This document shows positions 12,448 to 23,391 of a stretch of 64,000 nucleotides of DNA, piece by piece. The notes beneath the pieces are model-generated. The model made no database searches. It saw nothing but the letters and a program-made list of their open reading frames with translations, and was not told where the DNA came from. Location of the stretch: the NCBI RefSeq assembly GCF_018977255.1, contig NW_024704742.1:25606001-25670000 (forward strand). The letters are read 5' to 3'. A program made the translations under genes and the position numbers. The stretch's first letter is position 1; each line of letters starts with the position of its first letter. Source of the stretch: Callorhinchus milii (lineage: Eukaryota).

Positions 12448-13629
12448 ACATCATGGGTGTCTGGCAATGCATAATAATGATAATCATTGCATTTGGTATA
12501 GCGCCTTATCATGTTGGAAGGACGTCTCAAAGCACTTCACAAGATTGGCTATGGAGTATCTGTGTATCTGTAGGCAAACGGGGAGGCACAGTTGCACACA
12601 GCAATTGTTACCTATACTGTATTGAAGCAGTATTGCAGCACCAAACAATATTGTAGCATCACTATCCAAATATGTCACAACTACAACTTGTTTTAAAGAG
12701 AACCGTCTCAGTTTGAATGTGCAAATGCAAACTAAAACTTTATTCAGTGAGTTTCATAACATTCTAATCAATAGAAATTTACAGTGAATCCTCTGAAAAC
12801 CTTTTTCCTTGCAGCAGGGGAAGAACCAGGAAATGTTGAAGCTGTCAGACTGTCAAGGTGACCTGCCTTGCTGCTTGCTTCCTCCATTTGGTGAAACTTC
12901 CTCTATAGGCCAGTAATCCCTGACTGTACGGAATGGTATGGAATGCAAATGAGGCAACAGTGTGGTATCAATGATTCTGTATTAAGTAGCAGTAAGCAAA
13001 CCCAATTTCCTTTCCAAGAAAAATAAACTCTAATGGTAATAATAAAGTACAAAGTAAGTATATGCTGGGGGGGGTTAAAACACACTACCAGTTGTTTCAC
13101 CTTGTACCAATTACTGGTGTGATAAAGCCCCTGATACACACACACCTTCTCATTTGTAACCAAATAAAATACAGGAATGGAAACAATTTGAAAAAGTTAT
13201 TAAAACCTGCTGTGCAACATACAGGATCTCAAGACTTGAACATATATTAGATTCATATTTCTTCTATAGACAGCTTATAACAGGCTACCTACAACCAGAG
13301 AGTTCATATTTGCATTTAATACAGCATGTTAATATGTTATAATGCCTCAAAAGACTTCACACAATGAGTTATATGGAAAACGGGCTGCGTCACGAGAAAA
13401 CATGGCAGCTAACCTGCATCAAAAACCTACAAACTTTACAGTATATTATGTGAAGTGTTTTCAGACATCTCAACGACATGATAGAGATATATCAATGATC
13501 AAATTTAATGTTTAGTAATTGGAAAAGTGTGAGGAATATTGTCCAGCCTCCAGGGTACTGAGAGAACTCCTTGCTCTTTTCGAACATAGTGCTATGTTAT
13601 CTTCATCCACAAAAAATATACAGTCAATT

Positions 13630-14172
13630 GAGATTGGTCTTGAAGGAGGCAAGGCAAAGGGACTGTGGGATGGAGTTCCAGAGGGTTGGGGCAGAGTGCC
13701 AGAAGGTCCGTCCGCCAATGTTGGGGCGGGCAAGGCAGGGGACATGAAGCAGGCTAGAGCCCACTGAGCGGAGGGAGCGGGCAGGATGGTAGGGGGTTAG
13801 GAAGTCGCAGAGGTAAGGGGAGCAAGACCTTGAGGGCTTTGAAGGTGAGGAACAGGATCTTGAACTGTATCCTCTGTGTGATGGGAAGCCAGTGGAGTCA
13901 GGCGAGGATGGAGATGATGGGGTCATGGAGCCTGGTGTGGGAGAGGACATGGGCTGCAGAGTTCTGGATGATTTGCAGCCTATGGAGGGAGGAGTTGGGG
14001 AGGGCGACAGGCAAGGACTTTGCATAGTCGAGGATTTTGGCAGCCTGCGGTTTGAGACAGTGGCAGAGCTGGGCGATGTTGCGGAGATAAGGGAAGGCAG
14101 AGCGGGTCAAGGCACGGAATTTGGGTAGAAAGGATAGTTGAGGGTCAAACAAGATGCCAAGGTTCCAGACTG
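13630..14172 (-). mobile_element. L2 LINE ORF2 C-terminal fragment (frameshifted)
   Basis: VWNLGILFDPQLSF...AFPYLRNIAQL, LHRLQIIQNSAAHVL, LTPYHPARSLRS, GGRTF..SAPTLWNSIP in successive frames. Confidence 0.92.
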
Positions 14173-14269
14173 GCACATTTCCATCTCCAACTCAAACAGC
14201 CTGCTTTACCTGCTACCACTGTGTAGTGACACGTATGAAGCATCGTCATTTGGAAAAGTGGCGGGTGGA

Positions 14270-14572
14270 AAGCAGCAATTATCTTTGCATTCGATATAGG
14301 GCCCTTCACTTTGGAAGGACATCTCAAAATGCTTCACAGGATATACCGATAAACTGTAGCGACTGTGTATTTTGTAGATGAACGCAGCAACCAATTTGCA
14401 GACAGCAAGATCCCACAAACCGTCATGAATGAGCGAATTATCAATTTTATGTGGGGAATTGTCAGCCAGGACACCGGAAGAAACTCCCTTCTCTTTTCAA
14501 ATAATGTCATGAGATCTTTAACGTCCACCTAAACAGGCAGACAGAATCTTGGTTTAACGTCTCATCCAAAAT
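14270..14572 (-). mobile_element. Deu-domain SINE (SacSINE1/AmnSINE1-related), 5' truncated
   Basis: Minus strand ggatgagacgttaaaccaag...ggtggacgttaaagatctcatgacattatttgaaaagagaagggag...ccggtgtcctggc matches the Deu core as remembered. Confidence 0.85.
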
Positions 14573-14689
14573 ATGTCAATTTTCAATCCTTTTTCCAAAT
14601 TTCCAGATCCTAATCATGGGAGTATGCCTATCAGTCACTTCTAATCAGTTATGCAGGTGCTTTCTCTCCCACTCCAGATAGCTTCTGGT

Positions 14690-15530
14690 GCCTCGCAATT
14701 GGTAGTACTTCACCCCAGTGGCCTTTCTTCACATGAAACCCAGAGAGCAAACGTCAATAAGCTATTCACTGTGGAGCATCATCATAGTCAAACCCAATCC
14801 TTCTTTCCTTCATCTGAATAGAAATCAGCAGTGGAAGCCTTGACTGATTTGTTTCCTCCTCAACTCAGCTCAGGAGACACTAATGTAAAATGCAATGCAG
14901 CCAACATAGCTAAACCAATCAGGCATGAAACTTGAGGCCTTCTTGTTTGTCCAGCTCAATGCTACACAATATACTGCACAAAATGTATTGGAGTTAATAA
15001 ATTATTCGGTGGGAAGAGGCATGGAGCTACATGAAAGAATGGAATTTTCTCATTTTAAATCTTCTGCCTACAAGGAATGTGCGTATCATTGGACTAAGTC
15101 AGTGCTCACCATAGATATGACCTTTAGGTAGTTAGAGCTCAATTACTGATGGATTGCGTTTCAAAGTCACCATATGCAGCATCCCCAATGGCTTAGGTTG
15201 TCATTCCTACTATGGCATTGAGCCATTCAGATCCAAAAAGTTTGATCCCAGTCTGTGTTTAGTGGGATTGAAATAGTGCATCTGTGCTGTGAGGAGGAAG
15301 GGGAAAAAAAGCAACATTCCTGCTTCTGACAATTAATTAAACGGAGAAAAATCTTCCTGCAAGGTTTACATGCATAGATGTTGGACGAGGACAGGTTCAA
15401 GCTTGGCTGTGATGTTCTCACTGTCTATGCTCACGCACGATGAGCAGGCACACAGATACTAGAGGGCTCCTAATGTATCCTTGAATCTGTATCCCAGCAA
15501 AGAGTCAATACCTTCAGCGGACAGTGGGAC
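14690..15530. repeat. Two old SINE-like copies of family Y (about 14690-14970 minus, 15235-15530 plus)
   Basis: Block gaggacagg.tca.gct..gctgtgatg.tctc at about 15388 recurs inverted at about 14775, 40076 and 49710; degenerate tRNA-like head. Confidence 0.4.
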
Positions 15531-16705
15531 AAAAAGCCACATTCATCTTTTTAAAAAAAAAAATAGATTTGGGTGATTCTCCCAATTACATTTCAGAACT
15601 CCTGCCAGAACTCTTGATGACATAAAATGTCATGTAAGACCAAATGTCATCAAACACGTTAAGTAGCATTGTGAGGGAATTGCGATGTAATGGAGCTGGG
15701 CAGTGCTATACCTTCCTACAGCACCTGGATCCATTTTATCCAGATTCAACACAACTTTATTTTAAACATAAAAAACTCTTGATCGTAGCCATAACTACCT
15801 GTAATTAAATCACTTCAATCTCTTAACAATTTTCAAAGAGGAGGTTTTCTATTTACTCAGAGCTACTGGTGCAGAGGAAGATCTTTAGCTATGTTCTGTT
15901 GCTGCACTATTCTCTAACAGCACATAGAAACCCAACAGTTATCTGAGAAATTTGATAGGCCTTGCGGAAAATTGCGGAAGGTTAATTGGTGCTATTGAGA
16001 GTCGCATTTTGTGAAACAACCTGGATTAAAACTATAGGCATATATTTCCTGAGCATGTAGTTATATTTAAAAATACTAAAAATGTTAATTTGAATAGTAC
16101 AGCACTTACCAAGAATTTGTTGCAGGAGCTCAGTTTAGGCCTCGGGTGCTGAGCAAATAGACGGCAGTAGTGTGACTCAGCTGGTATTTCTATCGTGGTT
16201 CACTCACCATCGGGCAAAGCCGATTTCCAATAAAATATATATTTTTTCTTTTACTGCTTTCCATCCAGCATCCATTCCAGATAGAGCTCTGGTTCTAATA
16301 TATGGTGATCCCATTTCATTTTATTTAAATTTGGTTATGTGCAATATGAACAATCACATTGGTTATATTGCACACAATCCTTTTATATTTAATTTACAGC
16401 TCCTTTTTTGTAAGATAGGTTGGAAGAGGATGAATGGATGGAAAGCAATAAAAGGAAAAAATCTCCAAAAGGGGACAAAAGGATACACCACTGTACCTCA
16501 CAGGTGGTTAACTCAATAAGGCAGGCGGGAAATTGCAGGAGACTATTTTACCTGACCACAATTCTGCATTCGGTGCCCACCAGCATCTATTCCAGATAGA
16601 GCTCTTCTTCTAGTATATGATACTCAGAAAAATATAAAACTTCATACATCCCAGCAGAGTTAATAGAAAGCAGAACAGCTTTCAGTGCAGAAGAGGAACC
16701 GCAGA

Positions 16706-17016
16706 CAGTGGTTAGAGCACTCGCTTTGCAAGTGAGAGACCTGAGTTCAATTCCAGGCAGAGGGCGAAACCTTGGGCAAGTTTCCTTACTCCACACGCCT
16801 AATAATAATCCCTCCAAAACCAAAAACAATAATAAATTGGTCATTTTCAATCTACGACTGTTTGTGGGACATTGCTGTGCGCAATTGGCTGCCGCGTTCG
16901 CCCACAAATATACAGTCAGTTCACCTTACAGTGTGTTCTGTGAAGCGCTTTGGGACGTCCTCCCGACGTGAAAAGCGCTATATCAAATGCAAGGATTATT
17001 ATTATTATTATTATTA
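16706..17016 (+). mobile_element. SINE family A, short subfamily, very young (lacks first about 15 nt)
   Basis: Nearly identical to 19565-19889 and 23063-23391; CpGs intact. Confidence 0.95.
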
Positions 17017-18711
17017 TCTCTTCTGCACACCACATTCTCTCTCGATAAAGCCATTTTCAGTTACAACAACTTGTATTTATATAGTGCCCCTCCTGCAGGC
17101 CAGCGTGCTCTAAGCTTGCATTCCAGATTGTCTTTGGGACCAATTTGAGGCATTGTTGCCTCTAGCAGGAGGTACCACTTCCAGATCCTACCAATATTTG
17201 GAGCACTAGAATAAATGTCGCTTCATACCTTCTCTGGGCATGTTGACCACCAATCTATGCTAACTATGTGGCCCAGCCAAACTGTACTTCTAACAGACAA
17301 ACAGGCACGTATGCAAATCACCACTTGCCTGATCACAACGTACATTCAATATACGTATAAATCATCGCTGCGAGCCTTCAATTTTTTGGATAAGGCAACA
17401 ATGTGCAGCAAAAGCATCAAGAGATACAGTGCCATAAAAGGATAGAGGACAATTCAGGGTCAGAACATTTCAGACAGAGAAATGTTCTGACAGAAAGATT
17501 TCAGCACAGGTTCTTAAACAGAGCAGACACCAGTCAACCTTTAATGAAAGAGTGGAATTAGAATGTGTCTCAGAGTGAACATACCAGGAATCTAGTGCTA
17601 ACATCCTCAGGGTATTTCTATTTGAACCAGCTCTCAACTGTCCTGCAAAATAAATGCAATATTGTAAACAGGACATGTCTACATACAGTGTACACAAGTA
17701 TTTCAAAACAACAAATAGCATTTATTTATATTCTCTATATTCACGTATGGAATAGGGAAGCAAAGTTGTGATAGAAATCAGTTAATTTCATTACGACAAC
17801 ACAATGATGAAATAGTCAGGTACAAGACATCCCTACTAAACCTAGCGTTGTAGCCCAAGCAATATTTACTCTTGATCAAAGAGAACTGCAGAAAAACAAA
17901 GCAAGTAGTTTATACAAAGTGCGATAACGTTGTAATTCAACCAATCTCTGGGAAACACCCTATCTCAATTAACTGGGAATGTCTGTAGATCACAGATTAG
18001 AGAGATAGGCATCAAATGTAGCAGAACCTCCCTTCAGGTGCATCTTCTGTTGTCTAGTACTGATAAGCAATTTGGACTGGACCCAATTTGTAATCATAGC
18101 CACAGTTTCACGATTCATTTACTTCCGATGGCCCAGTGGCTAAAGACACCAATTATGCCAGCTTTACATTCGGGGATTATGTTCTCAGGCAAATTCAACT
18201 CTAGTTACAGCTCATAATAATAATATAGCTGAAGCCGGTTAAGATGGACACATCGAGGACGCCCGTTTTGTCCGGCCTAAGAGGCGTCTGTGGTTAGCCG
18301 AAATACCATTCCCACCCAGCAGAGTAGAGCTCCCAACGCCGTATGGTAATATGTAATAACATTGTTTCACTTGAAGCAATGATAACTAACCAATTAAAGT
18401 TAAAATACACTCACACAATTCAGTAAAATATATTTAGTTTTGTTTGGCTGCAAAATACAGTACAATAGAATCTCACTCATTTGGTCACTCAAGTGACTGG
18501 GCAAAAGTGACCTACTTTGTGAGGTGACCTGATTACTGAAACAGGTCGGGTGATTCAGACCACTGATATAATGTTAAGGGCATTGGTAATGGGCAAAGGG
18601 GATGAACATTCAAAAACCATACTTTGCAATCTCATTAAAATAAAGACATTGTCACATTTAAAAAAGCCGTCATGTATTCTGCCTACCTTTTGAGAATGCA
18701 ATCAAATTAAA

Positions 18712-18857
18712 AACTAAAGGGATTAAAGGATATGGGGATAGGGCGGGTAAATGGAATTAGGTTAGTAGAGCAGCCATGGTCTTATTAAATTGTGGGGCAG
18801 ACTCGAAGGACCAAATGGCCTACTCCTGCTCCTATTTCTTATGTTCTTATGTTCTTA
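18712..18857 (+). mobile_element. CR1-clade LINE 3' end (HER1/HE1-type tail)
   Basis: ggattaaaggatatgggg...cagactcgaaggaccaaatggcctactcctgctcctatt followed by (tcttatgt)n, characteristic of shark CR1 tails. Confidence 0.85.
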
Positions 18858-18859
18858 AT

Positions 18860-18979
18860 TCATTCAACTTGTGTTCTGCCAATGCCGTAGATCACAGATA
18901 ACTGTCTATGACTTTTGCCCTCACTGTTTTTGATTAGGTCCACTCTGTCACGTAAGGTCAACTCCTTCCGCGGTGCCAA
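18860..18979 (-). mobile_element. Tigger/pogo transposase N-terminal fragment (CENP-B-type HTH)
   Basis: APRKELTLRDRVDLIKNSEGKSHRQLSVIYGIGRTQVE fits the RK.LTL.EK..LI....GKS.R.LA..YGIG.TQV pattern. TTG at the expected start; truncated at the CR1 insertion. Confidence 0.8.
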
Positions 18980-19564
18980 GTTTACAGCTCTTACCAAGAA
19001 TTGGCCACAGGAGCTCAGATTAGGCTGCGGGCGTTGGGCGAAGTTGATTTTCCGCTCGTGCCGCTTCTGTGATGCTAACACTCCCCCCGCGCCTGCACGA
19101 TCGAAGCCCACTCCGGCCACAGTAGCAGCGTCGAGGAAACAGCGCAAAAAGCCCAAGGCCTAGCACACTGTGTACTGTACAGGGTAAGTGGGGGGGGGGG
19201 GTGTGGGTGGGAGGTGTTGGACCACGTTTGAAGCAGAGGAGGACACTGCAGCGACCGCAATCAATGACCATTGCCCTGAGTGGTGAGGTGCCTGGTTTAC
19301 TGAAGCAGACAGCCAATCGTTATTGGGTGGGAAGGGGACATATCCGCGGCAGCCACGAGGTGATTGACAGCCCGCAGCCACTTGTGAACGGATGGGCTCC
19401 ACCCAATCACAGGCAGCTCAGCTGTCAATCAATCCGGATTTCCTTCCCTTGTTCTTCCCTGTTTCTCCGCCTCCTCACTGATTGACAGCCCAACTCCAGC
19501 TGCTTGTGAATGGCTGGAGTCCGCTGTCAATTGCAATTTGACTCCTCCCTTCCACATCCTTTGT

Positions 19565-19889
19565 GGAGTCCTGTAGCTCAGTGGTTGAGCACTCGCTTTG
19601 CAAGCTAGAGACCTGAGTTCAATTCCAGGCAGGGCGAAACCTTGGGCAAGTTTCCTTACTCCACACGACTAATAATAATCCCTCCAAAACCAAAAACAAT
19701 AATAAATTGGTCATTTTCAATCTACGACTGTTTGTGGGACATTGCTGTGCGCAATTGGCTGCCGCGTTCGCCCACAAATATACAGTCAATTCACTTTACA
19801 GTGTGTTCCGTGAAGCGCTTTGGGACGTCCTCCCGACGTGAAAAGCGCTATATCAAATGCAAGGATTATTATTATTTTATTATTATTAT
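19565..19889 (+). mobile_element. SINE family A, full length, short subfamily, very young
   Basis: ggagtcctgTAGCTCAGTGG (A box), gagTTCAATTCC (B box), TGC anticodon-like loop, L2-type tail. Confidence 0.95.
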
Positions 19890-20161
19890 CCTGGAGTCCC
19901 TCGTGGCTGAATGCAGCCCCTGGAGACACACGGAAGCCCGAGTGAGTACATTCGGTGATGACCAGCGCAGCAATTTGGCCAGAGTAACCGGACTTGCAGC
20001 CGAATCAACAGGCATATTTAAAACAAATAAGGATACAGATGAATCATTGGAACGTTTTCTACAAAATATACAGTCAGTCCAATTTACTGTATATTCTGTG
20101 AAACACTATGGGACGCCTCAACAATGTGTTTAAGACACTATATCAAATGCAAGGATTATTA

Positions 20162-20515
20162 GCGTATCTTTCACCTCAGGAGAACATCTCAATGTGTTTC
20201 ATAGGATACACTGTAAAGTGTAGTATATGTGTATTTTGTAGGCCAATGCAACATCCCACAAATAGCCATGACTAATTTTATTTGGGAGATTGCTGGCCAG
20301 GACACCAGGAGAAACTCCCTTCTCTTTTTGATTTATGCCAAAAGATCTTTAACGTCCACCAGAACAGGCAGATGGAACCTTGGTTTAACATCTCATCTGA
20401 AGTTTGGCACTTCAAACAATGCAGCACACCCCCAGCTCTGCATTGGAGTCAGCCTAGACCATACAAGCTTCTAACTCTGAAGCGAGAGTGCCACTAACTG
20501 ATCAAGACTGATACA
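20162..20515 (-). mobile_element. Deu-domain SINE, near full length, tail-to-tail with a SINE A stub (20055-20161)
   Basis: tggccaggacaccagg...agatctttaacgtccacc...ggtttaacatctcatctgaa...tgcattggagtcagcctaga. Confidence 0.82.
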
Positions 20516-21257
20516 ACTCAAACTGCCATTTCTCCCCATGCACCGACAGAAATTGTAAAAACCCTACTCAGAACCAGGTCACTACCTGCTTAGAGAAGAC
20601 CAAACTCCTTATGAAAGCAACAATGGTGAGTAAGTAGACCAAATGATGTTCTGTGCACAAATATAGTGCAATGACGTCAGATGTTTGCGCACATTCAACA
20701 CTTCAGTAGAAATCACCTTTTGCCATCTGAACTTCCCAAATGACTCTAGGAGAAAGCCAGAGCAAGTGACCAAATATTTAAACACATATCCCACCCTCCG
20801 CTACTATTATTTGGAAATAACTTTCTAATAATGTTTTATGTACGTTTATAACACTTTTTTTACTGCAACTATCCTTCTGGGAGTTGTGCTGAAGGCTCAA
20901 ATGAACAAGTGATTTGCAAATATTCATGATAGATAAAAACTTAACAAACAAAAGTCTGGCAAACACAACCCAAGATCAGTTCTAACAGTTCTAACAAAAG
21001 CTGCCCTTTGGCCCATTTCAACTCATTCTTCCAAAATACCCACCCTGCCATCTTCCAATCATAACATCAAACTTTTTTTTAGAAAAGTGAGCCCCACTCT
21101 CTCTCTCTCTCTGACATTGCCCTCTTTCTCTCTGACACTAACCCTCTTCGATACTCTCTCTCTTTCTGACACTCGTTCCCACCTCACTCTCTGACTCCAC
21201 TTGTGTGTATGTCTCTCTCTCCCTGGCACTTCCCCTGTCTCTCTCTCTCTCTCTGAC

Positions 21258-21562
21258 ATAATAATAATAATCCTTGCATTTAATGTAGCGCTTTTCACAT
21301 CTTCTAGATGTCGCAAAGCACTTCACAGAATAGACTATAAAGTGAATTGACTGTACATTTGTGGGTGGAACGCAGCAGCCAATTGCACAGAGCAGTGTCC
21401 CACAAACAGTCGTGGATTGAAGTGACCAATTTTTTTTTTTTTTGAGGGATTATTATCAGCCGTTGGAGTAAGGAAACTTGCCTAAGGTTTCACCCTGCGG
21501 GGAATTGAACCCAGGTCTCTTGCTTGCAAAGCGAGTGCTCTAACCACTGAGCTACAGGACTC
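21258..21562 (-). mobile_element. SINE family A, full length, short subfamily
   Basis: Head ends ...gagctacaggactcc; (TAA)n tail at 21258. Confidence 0.93.
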
Positions 21563-21761
21563 CCTCTCTCTCTCTCTGACACTACCCGTCTCCCTCTGTC
21601 TGGCACTTCCCTCTCCCTGACATTCACTCTCTCTGACAACTCTTGGCTCTTTTGTGTCTCTCTTTGTGACACTTCCCCCATCTGTCTGTTTTCTCTCTCT
21701 GACAATCCCTCCACTCCTCTGCATCCCCCCCCACCTCTCTGACCTCCTCTCTCCTCACAAC

Positions 21762-22059
21762 AGTGCCTGATGCCTTCGCTCCTCCTTGTCCCCTAAATCC
21801 TCCGCTCCACCATCGGCGGCCGTGCCTTCAGCCATTACGCCCCGAGGCTCCGGAACTCCCTTCCTCGCTCCCTCCATCTCGTCCTCTCTCTTCCTATTTT
21901 CAGGGATCGGCTGAAGCCCTTTCTTTTCAACCGGGCCTTTGGTCACCTTCTCCCCCCCCCCTCCCCCTGGCTCGGCCCCAGGACCCGTTACTATGAAGCG
22001 CTCTGAGACGCCATCCGGTGTGGAGGGCGCTACATAAATCCAAGTTGTTGTTGTTGTTG
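21762..22059 (+). mobile_element. L2 3' fragment (second L2 family)
   Basis: accatcggcggccgtgccttcagccattacgcccccgag (TIGGRAFSHYAP); tail aagcgctctgagacgcc...tacataaatccaag(ttg)n. Confidence 0.85.
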
Positions 22060-22370
22060 ACACTCTCTGTCTCTCCTCTTCTCTCTCTCTCTGACAACAC
22101 CCCCCAACCGTCTCTCTCTCTCTCTCTCTCTCTCTCTGACACTGCCTCCCTGTCTGACAACTCCAACTCCACTTGTGTGCGTCTCTCCCGTTCTCTCTGG
22201 CAGACTCAGCTTCTCTGTCTCTCTCTGACGCACAGTCTTTCTCTGACAGACACTCTCTACCTCTGACACTGTCTCTCTCTCTCTCTCTCTCTCTCTGACA
22301 CTCTCTCTCTCTCTCTCTCTGACAGAGTGTGACTCTCTCTCTCTCTCTCTCTCCCTCTCTTGACACTCAC

Positions 22371-22520
22371 CACCTCCTTGGCTCGGCTCGAGAAGCCGCC
22401 CTTGGGTCTGCCCCGCCTGAGGATCTCCTCCCGCGGTTCGGCGCTCACTCCCATCGCTTTGTTTCTCGTTTTCACCGTCTTGACGCTCGCTCTGAACAGC
22501 GGCGTTATGTCGGCCGCCAT
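22371..22520 (-). CDS. STX18: Syntaxin-18 coding exon 1 (50 codons, phase-0 donor)
   Basis: Translates to [50 protein letters not shown], matching the vertebrate STX18 N-terminus ([24 protein letters not shown]...PKGDFSSRAREV). Kozak gccATGG at the start; donor GTG|GTGAGT at 22370-22365. The ORF extension to 22257 is intronic GA repeat. Confidence 0.96.
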
Positions 22521-23040
22521 GGCTGGTACCGGTTATCCCCTTTGTCATCTTCCTGCGTCCAACCTTCGCCGCTCCTGACAACTGGCTGGGTGCGACGTCA
22601 TCATTCCGGACGCGCCAGGCTCCGGTGGCAGGGGTGAAACGAGCTGGCGCCTGGGGTGCTCAATTCGTCATCAGATCGCGACCTTATATCAGGAGCCGTA
22701 CAATCGGATTGCGTAAACGTCATCAATCCGTTACCTCGCTGGGATCCTGTCAACACGACACAGGTCCTGTCAGGAAAACATCCTCATTTATCACGGTGAC
22801 GTTTCACTAACCGCCGGCAATAAAATAATTGAACGTCACGAGCCGTCGAAAGGTAGACTTGTTGTGTGTCTTCAACTGTGTGTGTAAAAAAAAATTGCAG
22901 AGCTTGTGAAGAAGAAAATGGTGTCTGACTGTTGCGCTGCTCACATCAGTGTGGACCAGGAGGACGCCTGTCCACGTGGCGTTGCCAAAGGCGTCGCCAT
23001 AGGAACGGGTTGAGTGACAGGTGGGTGCGGATCAGCTCAG
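22521..23040 (-). promoter_or_regulatory. CpG-rich STX18 5'UTR/promoter
   Basis: CpG-dense island directly upstream of the ATG in an otherwise CpG-poor window. Several (T)GACGT motifs, ATTGCGTAA (22708), CCACGTGG (22972), X-box-like GTCGCCATAGGAAC (about 22993). Confidence 0.8.
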
Positions 23041-23062
23041 GCATCACTGAACACCATAGACA

Positions 23063-23391
23063 TAATAATAATAATAATAATAATAATCCTTGCATTTGAT
23101 ATAGCGCTTTTCACGTCAGGAGGACGTCCCAAAGCGCTTCACAGAACACACTGTAAAGTGAATTGACTGTATATTTGTGGGCGAACGCGGCAGCCAATTG
23201 CGCACAGCAATGTCCCACAAACAGTCGTAGATTGAAAATGACCAATTTATTATTGTTTTGTTTTGGAGGGATTATTATTAGACTCTGTGTGGAGTAAGGA
23301 AACTTGCCCAAGGTTTCGCCCTCTGCCTGGAATTGAACTCAGGTCTCTCACTTGCAAAGCGAGTGCTCTAACCACTGAGTTACAGGACTCC
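23063..23391 (-). mobile_element. SINE family A, full length, very young, just upstream of the STX18 promoter
   Basis: Near-exact reverse complement of 16706-17016 and 19565-19889; long (TAA)n tail. Confidence 0.95.

Larger units (their letters stand above)
21095..22365. repeat. Compound (CT)n-GACA low-complexity array, interrupted by a SINE and an L2
   Basis: Many ctctctctgaca units and (CT)n runs starting immediately after the exon 1 donor. Source of the ER-repeat ORFs. Confidence 0.92.
1..22370 (-). other. STX18: STX18 intron 1 (continues beyond the left edge)
   Basis: Follows the exon 1 donor. No sequence encoding the expected exon 2 peptide (about ISHIGKLRDFLLEHRKDYINA) was found by eye. 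Confidence 0.7.

Noticed and set aside
19565-19636. tRNA-Ala-like sequence (and similar heads elsewhere)
   Set aside because: Each runs directly into SINE body and tail, so these are SINE heads rather than tRNA genes.
16587-20133. Recurrent ORFs such as MGKFPYST... and ...[11 protein letters not shown]
   Set aside because: Chance frames through copies of the same SINE, not a gene family.
21059-22581. Long ER/RE-rich ORFs (203 aa, 183 aa and others)
   Set aside because: Translations of the (GA)n array plus L2/SINE sequence; only 22371-22520 is real coding sequence.
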